A stretch of DNA of 64,000 bases from an uncultured Clostridium sp. (lineage in GTDB: Bacteria; Bacillota; Clostridia; Oscillospirales; Acutalibacteraceae). Positions 10,515-19,513 of the stretch are shown piece by piece. The stretch covers positions 53,468-117,467 of the forward strand of contig CATZNW010000002.1 in assembly GCA_958422185.1 (NCBI GenBank). Reading direction: 5' to 3'. How positions within the stretch are numbered: the stretch's first letter is position 1; every line of letters starts with the position of its first letter. The notes beneath the pieces were generated by a model. The model searched no databases, was not told the origin of the DNA, and was given only the letters and a program-made list of their open reading frames with translations. A program made the position numbers and the translations under genes.

Positions 10515-10530
10515 TAAAACGGCGTAAGGA

Positions 10531-10565
10531 CAAAGGCGGGAATCATCCCGCCTTTTGTGTTTTGA
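10531..10565 (+). terminator. Rho-independent terminator after jag
   Basis: ACAAAGGCGGG-aatcat-CCCGCCTTTTGT plus GTTTT. Confidence 0.7.
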
Positions 10566-10588
10566 GTAGTATATCCGGAGATGAGAAT

Positions 10589-11953
10589 ATGGCAAAAACG
10601 ATTGCCGCCGTTTCAACCGGAAACGCGGCGGGCGGTATAGGTGTGATCAGAATAAGCGGTGACAGCGCGATCGAAACCGCTGCAAAAGTCTTTTCCTCGG
10701 CAGACGGAAAACCGCTTACAGGTGTTGAGGGATACCGCGCTAAATTCGGTAAGATCCTTTTCGGCGGTGAGCCCATCGATGAGGCGGTTGCACTTGTTTT
10801 TCGCGCGCCGAAGAGCTATACCGGTGAGGATGTGGTTGAGCTTTCTGTCCACGGAGGCCTTTTTATAGTGCAGAAAACGCTGGAGGCGGTATTCAACGCG
10901 GGAGCAGTTCCCGCCGAACCGGGCGAATTTACAAAAAGAGCGTTCCTCAACGGCAAAATAGACCTTGCTCAGGCTGAGGGCGTAGCCAATATGATCTCTG
11001 CCGGAGGTGAAGCCGCGGCAAAAGCCTCTATGAATCTTATTGACGGCGCGCTCAGCCGCAGGATCGGCAGAGTGCTTCAGGATCTTCTGGATTCGTCCGC
11101 ACTTATGGGAGCATGGGTAGACTACCCTGATGAAGAGATCCCTGAGCTTGAGTATGACGAACTGGAAAAAACGTTGTCACACGCTGAAGCCGAGCTTCAG
11201 AGCCTTATCCGTGAGTACGACAACGGCCTTGTCATGACGGAAGGGATCGAGACTGCCATAGTGGGCAAGCCGAATGCAGGCAAATCCACTCTGATGAATC
11301 TGCTTTCCGGCCGTGAAAAAAGCATAGTTACCGATATTGAGGGCACAACAAGAGATATTGTTGAGGGCAGCGTCCGCCTGGGAGATATCGTGCTTCATCT
11401 GAACGATACTGCCGGACTGCGTGAAGGAGCGGACGAGGTAGAGAAGATAGGAATAGAACGAACGCTTGAAAAAATAGATTCGGCGGGATTTATAATAGCG
11501 GTCTTTGACGTCAGCCGCCCCCTTGATGAAAACGATATCAGGCTGATCGAAAAGTGCCGCGGAAAAAAAGCGCTTGCCGTTGTGAACAAGGTTGATCTTT
11601 CGGCGGATACGCGGATCGGCCCGGTCGACAGGGCATTTGAGAAAACGATCTACATTTCCGCTAAAGATGAAAACTACCTGAACGCAGTTCGGGATGCCGT
11701 CTATGAGCTTCTCGGAGCCGAAAAATTTAACTCAAATGCACCCATGCTTGCAAACGCCAGGCAAAAGGAATGCTGCAAATCGGCTGCGCGCTACGTTGGC
11801 GAAGCGCTTTCGGCGTTGCAGATCGGCATGACTTTTGACGCCGTTAATGTGATGATAGACAGCGCCGCGGACGAGCTTTTGGCACTGACCGGAAAAAAAG
11901 CTTCCGTAGAGGTCGTAAATACTATATTCAGTAAATTCTGTGTGGGAAAATAA
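10589..11953 (+). CDS. mnmE: tRNA modification GTPase MnmE (TrmE)
   Basis: IAAVSTGNAAGGIGVIRISG, G-domain GKPNAGKSTLMN / DTAG / NKVD, and C-terminal CVGK. The ATG at 10589 is 8 nt after GGAGA. Confidence 0.96.
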   Translation: MAKTIAAVSTGNAAGGIGVIRISGDSAIETAAKVFSSADGKPLTGVEGYRAKFGKILFGGEPIDEAVALVFRAPKSYTGEDVVELSVHGGLFIVQKTLEAVFNAGAVPAEPGEFTKRAFLNGKIDLAQAEGVANMISAGGEAAAKASMNLIDGALSRRIGRVLQDLLDSSALMGAWVDYPDEEIPELEYDELEKTLSHAEAELQSLIREYDNGLVMTEGIETAIVGKPNAGKSTLMNLLSGREKSIVTDIEGTTRDIVEGSVRLGDIVLHLNDTAGLREGADEVEKIGIERTLEKIDSAGFIIAVFDVSRPLDENDIRLIEKCRGKKALAVVNKVDLSADTRIGPVDRAFEKTIYISAKDENYLNAVRDAVYELLGAEKFNSNAPMLANARQKECCKSAARYVGEALSALQIGMTFDAVNVMIDSAADELLALTGKKASVEVVNTIFSKFCVGK

Positions 11954-11956
11954 AGT

Positions 11957-13822
11957 ATGGAATATTTTGCCGATAATTATGATGTAGCGGTCATTGGCGC
12001 CGGGCATGCCGGTATTGAGGCGGGACTTGCCGCCGCGCGGCTCGGTTGCAGGACGGCTGTTTTTACAATAAATTTAGACTGGATCGGAAACATGCCCTGT
12101 AATCCGTCTATAGGCGGAACCTCCAAAGGTCACCTTGTGCGCGAAATAGATGCGCTTGGCGGCGAAATGGGAAGAGCCGCAGACAGATATACCTTGCAGA
12201 GCAGGATGCTTAATCTGGGGAAGGGACCGGCAGTCCATTCCCTGCGCGCGCAGATCGACAGGCGCGAATATTCAAAGGGCATGAAGCATACTCTTGAATT
12301 GCAGGAGAATCTTGACGTACGCCAGGCAGAGATTGTTGATCTTACTCAGCAGACTGACGGCATATGGCGGCTGGTTACAAAGCTTGAAGCCGTTTATACG
12401 GCTAAGTGCGTTATTATTGCTACCGGAACGTTTCTGGGCGGGCGTGTTTATATAGGCGACGTTTCCTATTCCAGCGGACCGGACGGAATGTTTCCCGCAA
12501 ACGAGCTTTCGCAGGCGCTCTATAAGCTTAATATCCCCTTGCGCCGATTCAAAACGGGTACGCCGAGCCGCGTCAACAGACGAAGCGTTGATTTTTCCAA
12601 AACTCAGGTGCAGGAGGGAGATCCTCAAACCGTGCCTTTCAGCTTTGAAACAAAAACGCCGCCGAAAAACACAATATCATGTTATATTACATATACAAAC
12701 GAAGAAACAAAGAAGGTCATTCTTCAAAATCTTGACCGCTCCCCTCTTTACAGCGGCAAGATAGAGGGAAAAGGCCCAAGATACTGTCCCAGCTTTGAGG
12801 ACAAGGTGGTGCGTTTTTCGGATAAGGAGCGCCACCAGCTTTTTATTGAACCTTGCGGGCTTGAAACGGAGGAGATGTATCTTCAGGGGCTTTCGTCTTC
12901 TCTGCCCGAGGATGTTCAGCTTGCCTTCATTCATACGATTCCCGGTCTGGAACACGCGCAGGTGATGCGGACGGCATATGCGATCGAATATGATTGCGTT
13001 GATCCGACCGCACTGAAAGCGAGCCTTGAGTTCAACGGCTTTCTGGGTCTTTTCGGTGCAGGGCAGTTCAACGGATCAAGCGGATATGAGGAGGCGGCGG
13101 CCCAGGGTCTTGTTGCAGGGATAAACGCGGCAAGGAAAGTTCAGGGCAAAGAGCCGATCGTGCTTGACCGCGGCGGTTCGTATATCGGAACGCTGATTGA
13201 CGATCTTGTTACAAAGGGCTGTACCGACCCTTACCGCATGATGACAAGCCGAAGCGAATACCGTCTTGTGCTGAGACAGGATAACGCTGATCTTCGTCTG
13301 ACGCCGCTGGGACATGAGCTGGGCCTTATCAGCGACGAGCGATATGCCGCTTTTTTGACGAAAAAAGAGCGGATCGCTGCCGAAATGAAACGAATAGAAG
13401 AAACTTCCGTACATGTATCGGAAAAACTCCAAGATATTTTAAAAAAATGTAACACGACCCCTTTAAAAAAGGGTTGTAAAATGATAGAATTATTAAAGAG
13501 GCCTCAGGTTACATATAAAGATTTGGAAAGTATTGACACGGAAAGGCCGGATTATCCGCCCGAAGTGTTTGAGCAGGTTGAGATCTCAGTTAAGTATGAG
13601 GGATATATAGCCCGCCAGGAACAGCAGATCCGGGAGATGCGGCGCATTGAGCGAAAGAAGATACCTGCGGATCTTGATTATTCGTCGCTGAAGGGTCTGA
13701 GGCTGGAGGCAATAGAGAAACTTTCCAAAATAAGGCCTGAAAATCTTGGGCAGGCAAGTCGCATAAGCGGTGTGAACCCTGCGGATATTGCTGCGCTCAA
13801 TATTATTTTGGAGGCGTTATGA
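11957..13822 (+). CDS. mnmG: tRNA uridine-5-carboxymethylaminomethyl synthesis enzyme MnmG (GidA)
   Basis: YDVAVIGAGHAGIEAGLAAARLG FAD motif, full-length 621 aa, conserved synteny. Confidence 0.97.
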   Translation: MEYFADNYDVAVIGAGHAGIEAGLAAARLGCRTAVFTINLDWIGNMPCNPSIGGTSKGHLVREIDALGGEMGRAADRYTLQSRMLNLGKGPAVHSLRAQIDRREYSKGMKHTLELQENLDVRQAEIVDLTQQTDGIWRLVTKLEAVYTAKCVIIATGTFLGGRVYIGDVSYSSGPDGMFPANELSQALYKLNIPLRRFKTGTPSRVNRRSVDFSKTQVQEGDPQTVPFSFETKTPPKNTISCYITYTNEETKKVILQNLDRSPLYSGKIEGKGPRYCPSFEDKVVRFSDKERHQLFIEPCGLETEEMYLQGLSSSLPEDVQLAFIHTIPGLEHAQVMRTAYAIEYDCVDPTALKASLEFNGFLGLFGAGQFNGSSGYEEAAAQGLVAGINAARKVQGKEPIVLDRGGSYIGTLIDDLVTKGCTDPYRMMTSRSEYRLVLRQDNADLRLTPLGHELGLISDERYAAFLTKKERIAAEMKRIEETSVHVSEKLQDILKKCNTTPLKKGCKMIELLKRPQVTYKDLESIDTERPDYPPEVFEQVEISVKYEGYIARQEQQIREMRRIERKKIPADLDYSSLKGLRLEAIEKLSKIRPENLGQASRISGVNPADIAALNIILEAL

Positions 13823-14520
13823 ACAGGGAAAAAGTAATCGGGTATGCGAAGGACCTGGGTATCGAGCTCGATTCCATGGCGCTTGAGCGTTTTGAACTGC
13901 TTGAGCAAAGACTGCTGCGATGGAACACGCATGTGAATCTTACCGCAATCACCGAAGAGGACGAGATCGCCGTTAAGCATTTTACGGACTCCCTTACGGT
14001 TTTGGGAGCGGCGCAGATCCCGGAGGGCGCCAGGGTTATTGATGTCGGCTGCGGCGCAGGCTTTCCGGGGCTGCCCATGCTTATAGCAAGGCCCGATCTT
14101 GATGTTACATTTCTGGATTCGGTAGGAAAAAAGCTTGGATTTATAAAAGATGTGCTTAATGTAACGGGCCTTTTGGGGCAGACTCTTCATGCCAGAGCAG
14201 AAGACGTTTCCCGTGATCCGCAGTACAGGGAGCAGTTTGATCTTGCTGTCAGCCGTGCGGTTGCCCCGCTCAATATTCTTGCGGAATATGCTATGCCGCT
14301 TGTCCGTCCCGGGGGAACGTTTATCGCCATGAAGGGCGCGCAGGATGAAGCGGAGCTTGGGTCGAACGCAGTAAAAGTCCTCGGGGGACGGTATAAGCGT
14401 GTTGTTTATCTTGAACTTCCCAACAAAGACGCGAGAAATCTTGTTGTGGTTAATAAAATATCGCAAACTCCGGCAAAATATCCCAGAAAAACTAAAAAAA
14501 TCACTTCAAAACCGCTTTAA
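13819..14520 (+). CDS. rsmG: 16S rRNA (guanine527-N7)-methyltransferase RsmG (GidB)
   Basis: NLTAIT..HF.DSL, SAM motif VIDVGCGAGFPGLPM, and synteny after mnmG. Confidence 0.95.
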   Translation: MNREKVIGYAKDLGIELDSMALERFELLEQRLLRWNTHVNLTAITEEDEIAVKHFTDSLTVLGAAQIPEGARVIDVGCGAGFPGLPMLIARPDLDVTFLDSVGKKLGFIKDVLNVTGLLGQTLHARAEDVSRDPQYREQFDLAVSRAVAPLNILAEYAMPLVRPGGTFIAMKGAQDEAELGSNAVKVLGGRYKRVVYLELPNKDARNLVVVNKISQTPAKYPRKTKKITSKPL

Positions 14521-14541
14521 AACCAAGAAAACGGAAGAAAT

Positions 14542-14580
14542 AAAAAGGATTTCAACGATGAGAAATCCTTTTATTTTTTT
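14542..14580 (+). terminator. Rho-independent terminator after rsmG
   Basis: AAGGATTTC-aacgatga-GAAATCCTT followed by TTATTTTTTT. Confidence 0.8.
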
Positions 14581-14653
14581 GCTTTTTGTGATATAGTGTT
14601 TATCAGAGAGAGATAAACGCTCTCTTTTCGAGGAGATATAAGGAGTGTGGCAA

Positions 14654-15481
14654 ATGCCGGAGGAAGTTCAAAGAATAGCGACGGAAAAGCTGCTGCCAAA
14701 CCCGTATCAGCCCCGAAAGCAGTTTAAAAGCGAGGAGCTTTTAAGCCTTGCGGAATCCATAAAGGAAAATGGGATCCTGCAGCCCCTGCTTGCAAGGCGT
14801 ATCAATAACAGCGATTATTATGAGATCATTGCCGGCGAGCGACGGCTCAGGGCGGCGATACTTGCAAATCTGGCAACGGTCCCCTGCCTCATCGTTGACT
14901 GCGACTATGAGGAATCCGCAGTGTACTCCATTATTGAAAACATTCAGCGTTCTGACCTGAGCTTTTTTGAAGAGGCGCAGGCAATAAATCAGATGCAGAA
15001 TCATTTTGGCATGACGCAGGAGCAGATCGCGAAGAGACTGGGAAAGAGCCAAAGCGCGCTTTCAAACAAACTAAGGCTTTTAAAACTGCCTGCTGATGTA
15101 CGCTATTTTATTGAGAAAGAAGGTCTTACGGAGCGCCATGCCCGTGCCTTGCTTAAACTCGAAAGTGAAAAGCAGATGTGGACAGCCTTAAATCTGATAA
15201 AAGAAAAAGGCTTGAACGTCCAGCAGACGGAGGAATATATAAATTCCGTCACGAACAAGGTGGTCAAGCCCCATAAAAACAATATAGTAAAAATTTTTAA
15301 GGATGTTCGCATATTTGTAAACACAGTGAATAAAGCGATCAACACAATGAAAGAAGCGGGTATTCCCGCCGAATCAAATAAAACAGAAACGGACGAATAT
15401 ATTGAATTTTTTGTCCGCATCCCCAAAAATCCACAGAAGAACACCACTAAAAAAAATTCTGCGGATATTCATACCGCTTAA
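14654..15481 (+). CDS. ParB/Spo0J-family paralogue (Noc-like) upstream of soj
   Basis: LLPNPYQPRK..ENGILQPLLAR..YEIIAGERRLRAA and HTH MTQEQIAKRLGKSQSALSNKLRLL. The ATG at 14654 follows AAGGAG. Confidence 0.88.
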   Translation: MPEEVQRIATEKLLPNPYQPRKQFKSEELLSLAESIKENGILQPLLARRINNSDYYEIIAGERRLRAAILANLATVPCLIVDCDYEESAVYSIIENIQRSDLSFFEEAQAINQMQNHFGMTQEQIAKRLGKSQSALSNKLRLLKLPADVRYFIEKEGLTERHARALLKLESEKQMWTALNLIKEKGLNVQQTEEYINSVTNKVVKPHKNNIVKIFKDVRIFVNTVNKAINTMKEAGIPAESNKTETDEYIEFFVRIPKNPQKNTTKKNSADIHTA

Positions 15482-15660
15482 AACGGGAAACCGTTTTAAC
15501 ATATTCTCCTCTTTTCATCACGTGGAATGGCCTGCCGGTAACGGCGGGCCATTCTGCGTTTTATTATAACCCTGGAGTAAATTACAAGCCGAAGACAAAA
15601 TGAATTGAGACAGCTCTGTTTTACTATATTCGCAGTGCTGACCCAACAATATTACTCTTG

Positions 15661-15676
15661 TGTTTCATGTGAAACA
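15661..15676. promoter_or_regulatory. parS site 1
   Basis: TGTTTCATGTGAAACA, one mismatch to the Firmicute parS consensus TGTTNCACGTGAAACA. Confidence 0.8.
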
Positions 15677-15700
15677 TTAATACTACATGTTGTTTTTCAT

Positions 15701-15744
15701 TTAAACATAGTTTTAAATCATTTTCTGTTGAAAACTATGTTTAA
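15701..15744. repeat. Perfect 14-bp inverted repeat with a 16-nt spacer between parS sites
   Basis: TTAAACATAGTTTT (15701-15714) pairs with AAAACTATGTTTAA (15731-15744). Confidence 0.8.
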
Positions 15745-15930
15745 TATGTTAAAGGTATAGTCTTGTTAAACTTATTTAGCAATCAAAAATATTTAAATTA
15801 AAACATTTCTACGTTATAATGCGCAAAGGGACAAAGCGGTATTGTCTGATATAAACATACACACACGGCTATGGTATAGCCTATATCAACATCATTGCCG
15901 CGTTTTGTTTTGAAAATATTGTTATTCTGA

Positions 15931-15946
15931 TGTTTCACATGAAACA
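15931..15946. promoter_or_regulatory. parS site 2
   Basis: TGTTTCACATGAAACA, the exact reverse complement of site 1. Confidence 0.8.
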
Positions 15947-16001
15947 TCTATATCTTGTATAAAGCGATTTGGCAAACACAATTTTCAAAAAATAATCGAA
16001 T

Positions 16002-16017
16002 TGTTTCACATGAAACT
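16002..16017. promoter_or_regulatory. parS site 3 (degenerate)
   Basis: TGTTTCACATGAAACT, two mismatches to consensus. Confidence 0.65.
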
Positions 16018-16111
16018 TTGCAGGTTGATATTGATTGAATCGTCCGGTTATAGTATAATATGGCTATAGAATCCGATCCGGGATCATACCCGTGCAGAAA
16101 GGCGTAATCAT

Positions 16112-16882
16112 ATGGGTAAAACGATTGCAATATTTAATCAAAAGGGCGGAGTCGGTAAAACCACCACATGTGTAAATCTTGCTGCCGCTTTGGGCGCAAA
16201 AGGAAAAAAAACACTGCTTGTTGATGTTGATCCTCAGGGGAACAGTACAAGCGGCGTCGGAATCGATAAAACAGAGATCGAATATTCAACATATGACATT
16301 CTGATCAATAAAGTTCCTGCGCGTGCAATCATGATTGAAACAGAATTTAAAAATTTATTCCTTTTGCCGGCAAATATGAACCTTGCCGGTGCAGAGCTTG
16401 AGCTTGCGGAAAGCGATGAAAGATTTTATGCTTTAAAAAAGGCTATTTCCCCCCTCAGCGTGGATTTTGACTTTATTATCATCGACTGCCCGCCAAGCCT
16501 TGGCCTTTTAAGCCTTAATGCCCTTACGGCTTCTGACACGCTGATCGTTCCGCTGCAGTGTGAGTATTATGCGCTTGAGGGGCTGAGTCAGCTTTTAAGT
16601 ACCGTGAGAACAGTAAAGCAGCATTATAACGAGCACCTGGAGCTTGAAGGCGTTATATATACGATGTATGATAACAGATTAAAGCTGAATCAGCAGGTCA
16701 CGGAGGAAGTAAACAGGTATTTCCCGAACAAAGCATATAAAACAATGATTCCAAGAAGCGTCAAACTTGCCGAGGCGCCGAGCTACGGTAAGCCTGTTAT
16801 ATATTATGAGAAATACTGCAAGGCTTCATTTGCATACAAACGTCTTGCGGAGGAAATCATCAAAAAGCAGTCATTTCAGTAA
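16112..16882 (+). CDS. soj: ParA/Soj chromosome partitioning ATPase
   Basis: IAIFNQKGGVGKTTTCVNLAAALG deviant Walker A; DCPPSLG; 256 aa. Confidence 0.96.
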   Translation: MGKTIAIFNQKGGVGKTTTCVNLAAALGAKGKKTLLVDVDPQGNSTSGVGIDKTEIEYSTYDILINKVPARAIMIETEFKNLFLLPANMNLAGAELELAESDERFYALKKAISPLSVDFDFIIIDCPPSLGLLSLNALTASDTLIVPLQCEYYALEGLSQLLSTVRTVKQHYNEHLELEGVIYTMYDNRLKLNQQVTEEVNRYFPNKAYKTMIPRSVKLAEAPSYGKPVIYYEKYCKASFAYKRLAEEIIKKQSFQ

Positions 16883-16905
16883 TAAAGGATTAAAGGAGGG
16901 GCATT

Positions 16906-17754
16906 ATGGCAAAAAAAATGAGCGGTCTTGGCAAAGGACTGAGCGCTCTGATGCTTGAAAACTCAACGGATGAAATGCTTGCGGAAAGCGAACTGCCGAT
17001 AAACGAGATCATTCCTAACCGGGATCAGCCTCGTAAAACCTTTGATGAAGCTGCGCTGGAAGAGCTGGCGCAGAGCATCAGGCAGCACGGTGTGCTGCAG
17101 CCGCTTCTGGTGCGCCCCATTCCGTCCGGGGGGTATCAGCTTGTCGCCGGTGAGCGAAGATGGCGTGCCAGCCGCATGGCCGGTTTAAAAAAGGTTCCGG
17201 TTGTAATAAAGGAACTTACCGATACGGAAACGATGGAGATCGCCATTATAGAAAATCTGCAGCGCGAGGATCTGAATCCCATAGAAGAGGCGGAAGGCCT
17301 TCAGGCGCTGATAGATAAATGCGGATATACGCAGGAAGAAGTTGCCGCAAGCGTGGGAAAATCAAGACCTGCAATAGCAAACAGTCTTCGTCTGTTAAGG
17401 CTGCCGCAGGAGGTGCGCGATATGACCCAAAGCGGCGAGATCTCGGCGGGCCATGCAAGGGCGCTGCTCGCCTTTGATAACGACGCCATGATGATAGAGG
17501 CCGCCAGAAACATCGTTTCAAAGAAAATGACGGTGCGTGATGTGGAGCGCCTGGCAAAGATCAGGGAAACGACAGAGCCGCGCCGGCGAAGAGCCCGCAG
17601 GAGGGACAGTTTTTATGACGAAGTGGAGCTTTCGCTGAGCGAAACGCTCGGCAGAAAAGTTAAGGTCTATACGGGCAGAGGCAGCGGTACGCTGGAAATC
17701 GAATTCTACACGCAGGAAGACCTTAAAGAGCTTGCGAACAAGCTTGGGGAATAG
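16906..17754 (+). CDS. spo0J: ParB/Spo0J chromosome partitioning protein
   Basis: IIPNRDQPRK..HGVLQPLLVR..YQLVAGERRWRAS; HTH YTQEEVAASVGKSRPAIANSLRLL. Confidence 0.95.
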   Translation: MAKKMSGLGKGLSALMLENSTDEMLAESELPINEIIPNRDQPRKTFDEAALEELAQSIRQHGVLQPLLVRPIPSGGYQLVAGERRWRASRMAGLKKVPVVIKELTDTETMEIAIIENLQREDLNPIEEAEGLQALIDKCGYTQEEVAASVGKSRPAIANSLRLLRLPQEVRDMTQSGEISAGHARALLAFDNDAMMIEAARNIVSKKMTVRDVERLAKIRETTEPRRRRARRRDSFYDEVELSLSETLGRKVKVYTGRGSGTLEIEFYTQEDLKELANKLGE

Positions 17755-17916
17755 CGTGAAGGCCAACACAGCCCCTGTAATATTCTCTCATGATCCGCTT
17801 TGAGCGATCATTGGGGGCAATATCTTTATTAGCGTTTTGCCGTGCCGCGGCAGGCGTTAATCATCATGATAAGTATAACAAAATATTTGCGGCATGAAAG
17901 GCTATGGTGATAGAAA

Positions 17917-19203
17917 ATGCTGGATATAAGATTTGTACGGGAAAATCCCGAACTGGTCAAGGAAAACATAAAAAAGAAATTTCAGGATGAAAAATTACCT
18001 CTGGTAGACGAGGTGATAGCTCTAGATGAGGAAAAACGAACGGTTCAGAAAAAAGCGGACGAGCTGCGCGCAAACAGAAACAAGCTGTCCAAGGAAATCG
18101 GCAATCTCATGGCGCAGGGTAAAAAGGAAGAAGGAATGGCGCTGCGCGAGCAGGTAAAGGCGCAGGCGGACGAGCTTGAGGAACTTTCAAAAAGAGAAAC
18201 AGAACTTTCTGAGAAAGTTACCAAAATCATGATGGTCATACCTAATATTATAGACCCGTCCGTTCCCATTGGAAAGAATGACAGCGAAAACGTTGAGATC
18301 GAAAAATTCGGAGAACCCGTTGTTCCGGATTATGAGATCCCGTATCATACACAGATCATGGAAAGTTTTAACGGCATAGATCTGGACGCCGCCGGCAGAG
18401 TCGCCGGTAACGGTTTTTACTATCTTATGGGCGATATCGCGCGCCTGCATTCCGCGGTGCTTTCCTATGCACGTGATTTTATGATAAACAAGGGCTTTAC
18501 CTATTGCATCCCGCCGTATATGATCCGCTCTGCGGTTGTAAACGGTGTAATGAGCTTTGCGGAAATGGACGCCATGATGTATAAGATAGAGGGCGAGGAT
18601 CTTTATCTGATAGGCACTTCCGAGCATTCCATGATAGGAAAATTCATAGATACAATTACACCGGAAAGCGAGATGCCGCAGACCCTTACCTCTTATTCGC
18701 CCTGTTTCAGAAAGGAAAAGGGCGCGCACGGTATTGAAGAGCGCGGCGTTTACAGGATCCATCAGTTCGAAAAGCAGGAAATGATCGTGGTCTGCAAGCC
18801 GGAGGAATCAAAAATGTGGTTCGACAGGCTATGGTCGTACACGGTGGAGCTTTTTCGCTCTCTTGACGTGCCGGTGCGCACTCTTGAATGCTGCTCCGGA
18901 GATCTGGCCGATCTGAAGGTAAAATCCATTGACGTAGAGGCATGGTCTCCCAGACAGAAAAGATATTTTGAGGTCGGCTCCTGTTCAAATCTGACAGACG
19001 CTCAGGCACGCCGCCTGAAGATCAGGATAAAGGGCGAGAACGGCACCTATCTTGCCCATACTTTAAATAACACGGTAGTTGCCCCGCCGAGAATGCTGAT
19101 CGCGTTTTTGGAAAATAATCTGCAGGCGGACGGCAGCGTGCTGATTCCCAAGGCGCTTCAGCCGTATATGGGGGGCGCCGAAAAGCTTGTGCCGAAAAAA
19201 TAA
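17917..19203 (+). CDS. serS: Seryl-tRNA synthetase
   Basis: MLDIRFVRENPE.., N-terminal coiled-coil arm, class II motifs (..FRKEKGAHG..RIHQFEKQE.. / ..GSCSN..DAQARR..). Confidence 0.96.
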   Translation: MLDIRFVRENPELVKENIKKKFQDEKLPLVDEVIALDEEKRTVQKKADELRANRNKLSKEIGNLMAQGKKEEGMALREQVKAQADELEELSKRETELSEKVTKIMMVIPNIIDPSVPIGKNDSENVEIEKFGEPVVPDYEIPYHTQIMESFNGIDLDAAGRVAGNGFYYLMGDIARLHSAVLSYARDFMINKGFTYCIPPYMIRSAVVNGVMSFAEMDAMMYKIEGEDLYLIGTSEHSMIGKFIDTITPESEMPQTLTSYSPCFRKEKGAHGIEERGVYRIHQFEKQEMIVVCKPEESKMWFDRLWSYTVELFRSLDVPVRTLECCSGDLADLKVKSIDVEAWSPRQKRYFEVGSCSNLTDAQARRLKIRIKGENGTYLAHTLNNTVVAPPRMLIAFLENNLQADGSVLIPKALQPYMGGAEKLVPKK

Positions 19204-19513
19204 CAGCGCCGGCTGAATCATAAAGTTTAGAGATCCGGATATGCGCTTCCAAACGTGTGTGACTTTTGGAAGTGCATTTTTTTGGAAGAATCTTTAAAAT
19301 TTAGAAAAGATCTACAATAAAAATTACCTGGATTATCCTTTGCCGGCGCAATCTTCCTGCTCAATGTCAAAAATAAGAAAAATATTCAGAAAAGGTATTG
19401 ACAAATCTACGGCAAAGCGTTATAACTGCATTAATATAATGATATACGGCGGTTTGGAATAGATCTTCTTTTAAACCACCTGCCGAATTTAATCAATCCA
19501 CGGGGTAGATTAA

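Noticed and set aside
17755-17916. T-box leader upstream of serS.
   Set aside because: The region is only about 160 nt. It has no AGAGA box, no GGGTGGTACCGCG T-box sequence and no terminator/antiterminator pair, unlike the clear T-box at 55984-56225.
19204-19513. c-di-AMP (ydaO/kimA-type) riboswitch upstream of ktrB.
   Set aside because: The distance from the promoter-like TTGACA, 17 nt spacer, TATAAC to the start codon is only about 80 nt. The pseudo-symmetric conserved ACGGGGA/CCCA-type elements of that class are not recognisable.
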